Under the pieces are notes generated by a model that searched no databases, was not told where the DNA came from, and saw only the letters and a list, made by a program, of their open reading frames with translations. This document shows positions 53,107 through 64,000 of a stretch of 64,000 nucleotides of DNA, piece after piece. Numbering within the stretch: position 1 is the first letter of the stretch; every line of letters begins with the position of its first letter. Source of the DNA: Eledone cirrhosa (Eukaryota); assembly GCA_964016885.1 (NCBI GenBank), contig OZ024742.1, positions 48,856,001 to 48,920,000 on the forward strand, in the 5' to 3' direction. The translations under genes were made by a program, and so were the position numbers.

Positions 53107-54240
53107 CGCAGTCGGAAATGTCTTCATTACCAGTCTCTGTCCCGCGGTAGGCGCGGTATTCGAGGATGCTTAGAGGCCCACCGATTCATGACCGGGATGT
53201 GATTGATCTGCTTGGCTATGACACCGTTATTTGAATAGCAAGTGAAGAGATAGCTCTTCGAATGTTGGAAACAGCTGTTAGATACAATCATTTGGTCTGT
53301 CGCCGTAAAGTTCACGAGATGATCCCCGATACGGAACGAACTAAGATGTATTTATTCGTTGCATCCTCGGCTTCCTGGCCGTGCCTTGCAGGTTCCTGCA
53401 ACAACAACAAGGGTGTTCGGTCAACCGTAGCTTGCAGATCGTTGTAGAAGGCGTCGTTAACATGGTCATCAGAATCACAGATCGGAGCATAGACAGCAAT
53501 GACCATTATATTAAATAGCCAGACTTTCAGTTAGATGCGCCTTGAGTGTGAGGAGATTGATTGCCATGATAGCAGTGGCGCGTTGGCTCGATCACTTAAA
53601 GTGGATGCAACACCCTGCATACGTGAATTTTCAGATGGACCGCTGTGATACAGGCGGAAAGTGGCATCGGCCTGTGGTACCTTGATTGAACGACAGCCTA
53701 AGCTCGGGAGTTTGACCTCAGACAAACAAACAACATCAACCACATATTGATATAGTGCACGCATCTTTAGAGATTGGGTTTCCACCGATTGGAGGTTTCT
53801 CAGATTCCAGCAGGTAAAGTGTGTGTGTGTGGGGGGTGGGGGGGATTCCCACCATTTGAGCAGCACGGCTTGTTCATTTTTCACAGCCAACGCAGAGAAA
53901 ACGAGCGTGGTGGCTTCCGCGTATGCTGTATGACTAGTCGTATTGTTGATGGGTCGTAAGTTCATTTCAATCGAGTTTCTTCTGGCAACTGGTTTCACAA
54001 ACGCTGCACAGCCGCAAGTATATACATTTGACGATAGTGCAATGAAAGCATTGCATCGTGTATAGCGCGGAGCTCTCGCTTTCCCATCCATTTAATTAAG
54101 TGGAACCAGAGCCACAACAGGACCGCAAGGGAGCGTGTTTAGCGAGCTAAGCGGATAAACACAAACTGGTTGAACCATTTCATAGGCCAGCAAGAGCTCA
54201 CTTCACTGCCCAGCTCAGGCGTACATCCTTGGCACCTAAC
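53105..54240 (-). mobile_element. 5' fragment of an RTE-like LINE (AP-endonuclease remnant)
   Basis: FTCWNLRNLQ..VDVVCLSEVKL..LYHSG..QGVA; VIAVYAPICDSDDHVNDAFYNDLQATVD; IVSNSCFQH..FTCYSNNGVIAKQINHI. The 5' boundary is uncertain. Confidence 0.8.
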
Positions 54241-54250
54241 CACTATTTTG

Positions 54251-54520
54251 CATACAATGGAAAGAAATATTTCGAAATATCAGATGCGTGACATTACAGA
54301 ATAGACACAGCCTTAAGTATTGAAAATCATTCAAACGTGAAACTAGTAAAGTTATTATAAGTAAATCTTCTGAAAGAGCCAATTTTTGGCATAAAATGGA
54401 AAGAAATTTCCCGAAATATCAGATGCGTGATTTATCACCACATAGGCATATACTTAACCTTTGAAAATGATTCACACGTGAAACCGGTAAAATTATTATA
54501 CGTAAATTTTCTTAAAGACA
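54251..54520. repeat. Two tandem diverged copies of a ~138-bp unit
   Basis: GCATA.AATGGAAAGAAAT...CGAAATATCAGATGCGTGA...TTGAAAAT.ATTCA.ACGTGAAAC at 54251 and 54389. Confidence 0.85.
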
Positions 54521-54637
54521 GAAATTGCATTTTTTTAATTTCTTTTTTTTTTCAATTTCTTTTTCCTCTATTTGTATCCGTGTGGGATGTATAAAACAAA
54601 CCTTACTTTCTTTTGTGCATAAATATATGATTTTATA

Positions 54638-54740
54638 CGAATGAAAGAGTTCTAGCCCTGTAGAAGCCATTTCAATATTTAATATGTTTACTTACTACTA
54701 ATATATTGCGTAACTTTTGACTGTGGTTTTAACTCGGGAT
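54638..54740 (+). mobile_element. Family 2 element, partial diverged copy
   Basis: CGAATGAAAGAGTTCTAGCCCTGTAGAAGCCATTTC...ACTGTGGTT..AACTCGGGAT, then a microsatellite; matches 47175-47280. Confidence 0.65.
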
Positions 54741-54744
54741 ATAT

Positions 54745-54871
<127 letters not shown>

Positions 54872-55465
54872 CATAAATAATGTGAGCTTGAGAGTGGGAG
54901 AAGAGAGAGAAAGAAAGAATGAGAGAGTGAAGGGATGGGATGGAAACGAGATTAATATGAGCGGCGGATTACTAAAGGGGAAAGATAAAGATATATAAGA
55001 AAACAAAAATGAATAACAAACGAGCGTGTTGCATAGTTATGATAACAAATCCATTGTGCTGTCATATAAATAAGAGAGGATGTCAGAAGGAAAATCCGTA
55101 GAAATTGAGTGATCCTTGAATTAGATGATATAGGTCACCAACGTAACCTATAGTAATCGATCAATAACAATGTATACTTGTAAAGAAAGTATGGGAATCT
55201 AATGGAATTTGACCATTATCTCACTCTTCAGTTTTGTAATAGCTTAAGATGACTCACTTCTTACCGATGTAATATCTAATGATATAATGTTACTTTAATT
55301 CAATATTACAACGTATTGGTAGTCAAGTATTTATTTAGTTACACTGGCATTCATGTATGCAACGTTGTATATATATATACGTATGTGTGTATGTGTGTGT
55401 GTGTGTGTATGTATGCGTGTATGTGTGTGTATGTGTATGTGTGTGTGTATATGTGTGTATGTGTT

Positions 55466-55565
<100 letters not shown>

Positions 55566-55689
55566 TGTTTCTGTGTGATCGGGTAGTTGGGTGTGCGTGT
55601 GTGCAGGTCAGAACGACACAAAACTGCCGTTGAACAAACAAAATGTGAATATACATAATATACATTATATATATATATGGGCAGTGAAA

Positions 55690-57670
55690 AAAATGGCCTA
55701 AAAGCAATAATGCACCTCAAGTAACATCTTATAACAAAAAAGGCGAAGATAGCTAAATACGAACAAAGAATAATGTAATATCGGCAAGCTAGGCTATTCA
55801 GAGTACACCAAACGAAATATTACCGTGAAATAATTAGAGAGTGTACAGGAGAAGTGATGACATCAGATAACATTGTAAATGAAACGATTTGGAGCGAGAT
55901 TTGGAGTAAAGAGTAACACCAAAAGAACGCTGAATAGTTAGAACAACAGTTTCCCCACAGCCGACATAAGTAGTCATTTCAGACAGGGCCATGAAGGTAG
56001 CCAGAAAAAAGATGAGAACTGGAAGTCTCCGAGACTAGATAGAGTTCAAGGCTACTGGATCAAATGATTTATTCAATGTCATGAACGAATAAATGAACAA
56101 CTCAACACATTGATAAATGCTGATCAAGTGATACCGGTGTGGCTCACAAAGGGCGGGACAGTTTTGTGCTTAAAAGATATCACTAAAGGGAATGCAGTAG
56201 ACACGCACATACCAAAAACATGCCTACCACTTAAATGTAAATTATAGACTGGAATATTTACAGAATCAATGTGCGGGCATCTTAAATAAATTGATCTTCT
56301 TCCAAATGAGGGGAAATGGTACTAGCGTAAGAGCAGCGGTACCAAGGACAATCATTTGATAGATAAAACAATACTTGAGGATAGCAAGAGGAGGAAAACC
56401 AACTTGACCATGGTGTGGATCGATTACTGCAAACACTATGACATGATTCTGTTATCTTGGATTATGGAATGCATTAACTTATTTGGTATTTCATAAAATA
56501 TTGAGCGATACTTAAGGAAAAGTATGAAAGAGCGGAAGACTGAACTGACAGAATATGGAAGAAATTTAGAAACAATAGAAATCTAGAGAGGTATATTCGA
56601 AGGGGACAGCCTGTCACCACTGATGTTTGCACTGTGCTTGATACCACTGACAATGATCTTGAGAAAAGCTACGGGTATTCTTTGCCAGAATAAAATCACT
56701 GAATTATTATTGATGGCCGACCTCATGCTTTATGGAAAGAATATATCCCCGATTGGTTCCCTCGTTGTATACATTTAGAGCTGACATCAGAATGGATTTT
56801 GGAATTAAAAAAGTGGTCTTTGAATCAAGATTAAAATTAAAATTTGCTTTGAAGCAAAATCAAAATTAAATGCATTGAGGGTTTGGTGCTGCCATCAGGA
56901 AAGGTTATGAACCAAATAGAAGAGGAAGGTTATAAGTAATTAGGGATAGTTGATAGGATAATGCATAAGGAAATGAAAGAAACATTTAAGGTGGCATACA
57001 TGTGCAAACTGAGTCTTATTCTCAAGTAAAAACTAATTGAACGGAATAATAATAATAATAATAATAATGGGTGGTATCACTCCTTAGATATGAGGTTGGG
57101 CGATAACGTGGATAGTATAGCTAAACGGTTTAGACCGAAAGACAAGAAAGATAATGGCCTAGATATAGAGTATTTCACCCAAAGAGCGACTCAGACAGAT
57201 TACATGCACCAAGAAAGGGACAGACAGAAAAGCATCGTTATCTAAAACCGGAAATATAAGCCTTAATTTGTGCTGCTCAAGAACAAGCACTAAGAACTAA
57301 CTACATCAAGCATAGAGTAGACCACACATCTGAAAGTGATAAGTGTAGAATGTGTGGCATAAATGGAGAAACTCTATGGCATATTACCAGTCAATGTGCA
57401 CTACTTGGTAAGAAGGAATATAGGAGACATCGCAACACAGCAAAAATAGTCCATTGGGTACTTTGTGGCAAATATGCACTCAACAGAACATAACCCTGAG
57501 GGCGTTATCAAAAATAATATTGCAAAAATTTGTGATAACATGCGAGCATCTGATTGAGCATAAGAGGCCATATATTGTATTAATTGAGAAAGAAAGAAAA
57601 CAGTGTTGGATCACAGATATAGCCTGTTCAGCAGCTCGAAAAATAAGGGGTGTTACCTACGTTGACAAGT
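55690..57670 (+). pseudogene. Degraded R4/Dong-clade element (RT, CCHC, RLE remnants)
   Basis: NWKSPRLDRVQGYWIK; [11 protein letters not shown]; [11 protein letters not shown]; RGIFEGDSLSPLMF; CAAQEQALRTNY; CRMCGINGETLWHITSQC; HKRPYIVLIE; many stops and deletions. Confidence 0.85.
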
Positions 57671-57756
57671 AGTGAACAGCTAATATTGTAATTCCATCTG
57701 CAGTGTTAGATCCTGAGCGAAGAAACAACAACAACAACAATAATAATAATAATAAT

Positions 57757-60700
57757 GATTTCATTTATTGACCATAAGGGCCGACATATAGGGGACAATA
57801 CAAAAGACTGGCACAGTGGGGTTTTACAGAAAAATCGAGTAAACGATATGAATAACAATAACAAAGTAACAATAAAAATACAAGAAAAATTCTCCAATAG
57901 GGGGGATGACCACTTAGGGTTCACTCAGGTACCCCACCAAGCCTAAACGACCCGACGCAAAGTTAGCACCCTGGAAGGGCACCCCTCTCCTCCTCAAATT
58001 TTCCCACCTACAGGCGCATGACTAGAGTAGGCCCACTCACACGGGCCATTCTCGCCACATTCCCCCACCTTTCAGCAAATGTACTGGGGGAGGCAGTACT
58101 TCTCTCTACATCCTCACCTTCCTTTCCAAGTGAAACTTGAAAAAGTTGATGAGGGAATGGCCGAAGAGAAAAGTGTCTGTCTGCAGTTCTTTCAACCTCG
58201 TCTGCCATACAACCTCTTTCACTACTGCCACCAGACAGAGGAAAATTGCCTGCCCTTCCTGGCCAAAAGAAGGCGGCGGGTCGATCTTCACTATGGACTC
58301 GGCCGATAGCCGGATCCGTTCTACACGCGATAACAGCTGTTCGACATAACTCCACAAGTCAGTAATGCACGGACACTGGACGAGTGCGTGCAGAACGGTT
58401 TCGTCGCTCTCCACACATCTAATGCAGGTCCGTCTGACAGCACTTCCGTGCCTGTAGAGTTTATCTCGAACCGGCAGTGCCCCCTGGTAGCACTCCCAAG
58501 CGAGGGATTTTGGGAAATTATCCATCGTCCCCGGCTCGAAAGTGCTACAGAACAAACTGGTTAGTTCGACTTCGTCGACTACCAGAGCCTCTCCGAGTGC
58601 GTCGTCGCACTTCCCACCACTAATCATCTATAGAACTCGAGAGTGGAAATTCCACTGACCGCATTGCCCGCCAGGTAGAGAACAGTGAGTGCCTGGCAAC
58701 ATTTCAGATGCCAATCACCTAGTCTCGGTCTCTCCTTGACCCAGGACTGCAGCGCAGTCAAACAGACGAGCTGCGGATAGACCCGTCTGACAAACGACGA
58801 CCACACCTGTTCACCGTTTAGGCAGAATATCTGAAGATGCCGCAGCCTCAGCGCGTGTCTGAGCATCATTAGACACGTCATGCCCAGCCCTCAACGTAGA
58901 GGATGCTGGTAGCAGATGGACCGCCACACCAACGGAACCAGACCCCTCCACAAGAATTTGAAGTGGAGCTGCTCCAATATTGCGAGGCGCGAACGGGGGC
59001 AAGGGACGACGGTCAGTCGGTAGTAGATGACGGACGCGATATACGCGTTCGCCACCTCCGCCCGACCTTTCAGTGATAGCTTTCTCGCAGCCCATTGCTG
59101 GATGAGACTGGCTACCTGCCCGTCACCTCGTCCCAATTCTTATCCACCTGGAGGTCTGGCCCGTACCAAACCCCGACAACTTTACCGGTCCGTCCGTCCA
59201 GCGCCTAACGACGCTGTTGGACGGCATGGACTTGCCTCTCCAGGTGCCGAGTTGCAAGTCCGCCGACTTTTCCGGGTTAAGTTTTGCTCCCGTCAACCTT
59301 TCATATTCCTCCAATAAGCCAGGTTTACACCCTACACTCTTTATGATGCATCGCGTCAGGTGGAGGTTGTCGCGTATGGACCCGGCTGGGAGCGTGCAAG
59401 TTTGCGCCTCCCCAACCAAATCCCCGACGACAAACGCCAATCTCTTCGCTAACACCCTGGCCAAAATCTTAAACTCTGTGTTGAGCAGAGTTATGGGCCT
59501 GAAATTGTCTAAGGTGTCCCTCTTGTTCTCGTCTTCCCTTATCAGCATCACTACGCCCCGGCTCACAGAACTGGGAATGCTCCCGTTCTGCTGCTAGTTG
59601 CAGTAGAGCGCTTCGAAGAGATTGGAGAACAAGTTTGGCATATTTACGTAATGCTCGTAGGGCAGACCTTCCAAACCGGGTGATTTTCGCCTCATGCAGC
59701 CAACAAGGGCATCCTGAATCTCGGCTGAAGTAATCGGACTTTCGCAGCGGCCAGCGTCAGCCGTCGAGAGTTGTGGCAAGCCATCGAGATAGGGATGAAA
59801 CCCTCCACTTCCCCCGAACAACCGAGCAAAATGTTGGCGAAAGGCCTCACACATCTGGTTGGAATCGCTCAGCTCGTGTCCATCTCGGTCTGTCAAAGAC
59901 CGAATCATGGTTTTATTAACACACTGCGCCTCTGCTACGCGGACCGATCGAACAGCTTTGGTTCCGTCGTTTCTCTGTGCGCATGCCTTAGCTCTGACAA
60001 TGCAACCATCGTGTTTCGCATTGAAGAAATGATCTAATGCCATTCTCGCCGCTAGCACGTTAGTTGCAATGCCACTACAAATAGCCTCATCTAACTTATC
60101 TACCATCTCCCCTCCTTTCTATTTTTCTCTAACGCTACGTCTTTGCTATCTAATTCTATCGACATTACCCTAATCTCTCTTTTGAGAGCCTCCCACCATC
60201 TATTGTTGACGACTCCCCTTGTCAACCTTTAAAAGTCTTGAAGTGGGTTTTACGTTTAGGGTTCCCACGTCCTGAGGAAAGCTGTCACGTATCTCTTTGT
60301 ATAAATCGAGCGACATTCGCACCAGAAACAAATCTTCCGGCACGCGAAATGTGCTCGATTTAAAAATTTCCCCCTATTTTTGTATATCTTCACTTCGTAT
60401 TACGAGGGCCATCAGTTCCTTGTTTGCCCTCCTGACGAGCACAAAGTATTGTATGTTTTGTTGGTGTGATTTTATTTGTTTGCGTGGCTGTGGTGGTGAT
60501 GGTTTTAATGGTGTTGTTTCGGTTGTCTCTGTGTTTGTTGTGAGTGCGGTGTCTGTGGTTTCAGATGTTTGTGTGTGTATTTGTTCTTGCGTCTGTTTAG
60601 CTTGTTTGCGTTTGGGGGATTCTGATGATGGTCGTGTTGATGTTGGTGTTATTGGGGAGATGTTTTCGTGGGTGGTGTCTGCATTCCTCATAGAAGGTGA

Positions 60701-62174
60701 TTATGTGCTTTGAAGAGATTTTTTTTTCTTTTTGTGTTTCCTTTTTCGTATTTTGGGGGCTTTTGGTTTTCCCTCATCTTCACTTCTAGTAGATGAGGGG
60801 CCTGTGTCTGTAAGTGTGTCTGTGTGTGTGTTAATGTTTTTATTGGTGTGTGTATTTTTGTGGGGAGGGGGAATTTGACAACTCCTCCCCCCCCCCCCGT
60901 GTAGTCAATGTTGGTGGTGGTCTTTCTATTGGTGTTGTTGCAGGTGGTTTTGCCGGTGCTGGTGTTGGTTGTGGTCCTCGCCCCGGCGTCGGCAGCAGTG
61001 GAGCCCTTCGACCCCTTCCACCTGGAGAAGTATCTCCAGCTCAACCCCGGACCAGTCCTCTCTGGCCGTTCTTGTTACTTCTATCGAGACGGTATCCATC
61101 CCCTCCACAATCACACATTCCAGAAGCCACCACATGTCAAGTCCTGGTGGGATTCTGGGAATGGGGAGACGGGACATTATTTTTCCAATGTGGGAGGGGT
61201 ACATTATGACCTTCTTGGTTTTGCAAGGTGTCATAGCATGTTTCATAGCAAGGGCTTCTGACTTAAACAGCTCCGAAATGGTGCCGTGTTGTCTGCTGTC
61301 CCTCGCTATGTATTCGGTGTTACCCCTGATGCACCTCAGCGTGACTTCGACATCTGCTTGTGGAATTAAAGCTGCCCTCTTGGTTTCTGCTGAGATGCAT
61401 CTGTAATGCACCGTTCTGCGCTCCACTGCTTCAATAGCTTCTACCGGGACAGGTAAGTTGGCCCAGGTTTGCCCTTGATTGATCAGCTTCCAGGCCTGGG
61501 CCAACTTTTCATCTTTGTTTGAGAGGTCCATGCTGAAGCATAGCCTCTTTTTGGCTGCTGTCGCAGCGAAAGTTTTCTTCTTTTTGGTGGTGGTGTTGTT
61601 GTTATGTTGGAGTTGCTGCTGTTGTCACTGTTGCAGTTGGTGCCGCCGTTGTTCTTGTTCTGGGTGCAGTTGATATTGTTTCTGTTGGTGTTGTCGCTAT
61701 TTGTTTTCATGTTAGTGGTGTTAATATTGTTGTTGCATTTGTTGTCATTTTTTCTGTTATCTGTATTTTGGTTGTCGCTGTTACTGTCATTTTTTTCAAA
61801 ATTAGTGTTCTCAGTGTTGTTGCCATTGCTGTCACGTTGTCACGTTGTTTGTGGTGTTGTTTGTTGTGTCCATTTCTGTAGATTTCACCGTAACTCTCCT
61901 CTCAACTTTTATGTCGTTGTCACACGACAGCAGATATATCGGCGGTGGGCGTGGCTCAGCCATGTTTTTTTGTTTGTTTTTTTTTCGATAATTTTTTAAA
62001 ATGTAACAAAGTTCAAATATTTGGTCCGAAAGGCCAAAATATTATACTTTCCCCTTCACAGGGCAAAGTGCAAGGACTTATATCCCTTACACAACAACAC
62101 AAAATTCAATAAATAAGTTTTGACAGGTAAATAAATAGACTTACGAGAGCGAGCAAAGAGACGTCCGTTCAGAC
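57757..62174 (-). mobile_element. Tx1/L1-clade LINE (element D), related to element C, internally deleted
   Basis: ORF1 remnants ~60240-61950; ORF2 remnants 58008-60225 (SPGLEGL, NFRPITLLNTEFKILARVLAKRL, LSLKGRAEVANAYIASVIYYRL, CIRCVESDETVLHALVQC). The APE domain and central RT are missing. (TAA)n on both flanks. Confidence 0.87.
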
Positions 62175-62187
62175 TAATAATAGTAAT

Positions 62188-62340
62188 TGTTTCTACTTTT
62201 GGCACAAGGCCAGCAATTACCAGTACATTACTGGTACTTTATTTTATCAACCCCGTAAAGGATTTGAACTCAGAATGGCAAGGGCCATAACTCTATGCTA
62301 CAACACATGGTGTCCGACCCTCTATCGATACTGCCAATCC
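62188..62340 (-). mobile_element. tRNA-derived SINE with an internal deletion
   Basis: TGTTTCTACTTTTGGCACAAGGCC...GGATTTGAACTCAG...GATACTGCCAATCC; TAATAAT-rich flanks. Confidence 0.88.
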
Positions 62341-64000
62341 TCAATAATAATGATAATGAGTGGGAACGAAATGTCAAATTATCTTTATTAAGGAAAGCAT
62401 TATTCAGATGAGTTATTGATACCACAGTCGGGCCCGATCGATACGGATCGTAACTAGAGTTGTTCATATCGGAAACGCGCGTCACACCTGAATAAAGTTA
62501 ATGATGATATACTGAGACCTCATTCAAAGAAGACCATCCTTAGTATAAAACTAAACGTACAATACCACATACTATATTATAAAGGACCCACCTATGCATC
62601 GAATGTTCAATATTAACTCAAAGATACAAACCATTAAACTATATATATATATAGTCATATATGTAAAGAGAGAGGTGGGGGGCGATTATATATATATATA
62701 TATATATATGCATATATATTTAGACATATATCTGTGTGTGTGCGAATATCTCTATTCATATAAGGATTTGCACGTGTCGATTGATCGAGAGCTTTTTCTT
62801 GAATCCGTTTTCTCATTTGTGCTTTTTGTATCTATCTATCTGTCTGTCTATCACTCTACCAAAAGACACCTTTGACTGGTTTGAAATCCTCACTCTCCAA
62901 CAGGTTACAAATCTGCTACTTCTGATAAAACTACAACTGTTTCTGTTCTGCTGACGTAGATAACTACATACTTTCATTACCCCCACATTTTTTCCCAATA
63001 CATAACGGAAAAGTGTGTTTCTTTTATATGTCTATAATTTTCAATCATTTGGGATTTCTTGAAATTATTAAATCCAATTTAAAACCTTTGAATTTTGTGG
63101 CGAAATTCACTTGTAAATATATCTTCAGTGGAATTTTACATAGATCTCTTTAATGAACAATGGTGGCCAAATTTGTGTAATTTGATTTACATTTTAATGT
63201 TATTGTTTATTGGCGTTACTATAATATTTCCCTACATATCCATCATCTGTATATTCAGCCATATTTTTTAATTCTCTACTTTCTACACCACCACTATATC
63301 TGCACGTATGTCATCTCTGTTTGTCTGTCTCTCCCCTCTTTCTCTTCATAAGCAAACTATCTATGCTACCCTCAGAATTGTCGACTGTCGACTGACACCA
63401 CTCCCTTGTAACCGTACAATAAACCGATACTGACGCAACAACAAGAGCACACACGTATATATATATATACTCACACACACATACAATCATATATATATTA
63501 TGTCAGGTCTATCTTCGGCGCTACTGGTAACGTGTAACCCGGTACAACCTGTGCATGGTCGGCTCGTCGGTGACTAAACAGAGAAGCCCACCACGCTTGC
63601 TTGGTGAGCAGGGTAATTTTGGACATCCTCCGCGATGAAAAACAGAACCCGTCAAAGGGTGGAGGAACCCAAGAGTGTCAACGGCCATCCAATTAAGTAT
63701 TTTTTTTTTATATGGAGCGAGAGACTCCTAGGTTTCATTAATATATCTCTTTAGGAGAAGGTGATTCTTATATAAAGACGAGCGACTTTATTTGCATCCA
63801 ATGATGTAGGCCAGTTCATCTTTTTGGGCAAATGTATTTGATATTGAGAGAGTATTATTGGCCCCGTGAAAAGCCTTTCCACACCAAAAAGTTTCAAGCA
63901 CAGGCATCGCTGGATATGTGACATTTTTAAGATGCATGGTACTGCTGACCATAGCAAGTTACTAACAGGACTAAAAAGCCACGTCTGTGATACACATGCT

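Noticed and set aside
63751-63957. Short minus-strand ORF at the window end
   Set aside because: Possibly a decayed LINE C-terminus, but no diagnostic motif could be confirmed.

Overview
Repeat-saturated, AT-rich animal genomic DNA with no host protein-coding gene that I can recognise. The SINE sequences and microsatellite density suggest a cephalopod such as Octopus (inference). Large elements: two near full-length R4/Dong-clade non-LTR retrotransposons (RT plus restriction-like endonuclease; about 1241-5133 and 6079-10138) with older relics of the same clade; two Tx1/L1-clade LINEs on the minus strand (10139-15986 and 57757-62174), each in a (TAA)n tract and tail-to-tail with an R4/Dong element; and a Neptune-type Penelope-like element (48560-51617). 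Smaller pieces: mariner, RTE and CRE fragments, and many tRNA-derived SINEs. The most interesting signals are at the RNA-structure level. (i) At least three minimal type I hammerhead ribozyme motifs of the Penelope type. (ii) Two families of short (TA)n-embedded elements with a long hairpin centred on a GTTTC-stem-GAAAC motif resembling hammerhead stem II; in family 1 the two arms co-vary within each copy. (iii) A pseudoknot/GTAAC/GATAAG-hairpin layout shared by the 5' UTRs of the two divergent Dong elements. (iv) A high density of long palindromes. Most short ORFs in the track are microsatellite or antisense artefacts. All coordinates and pairings were read by eye.
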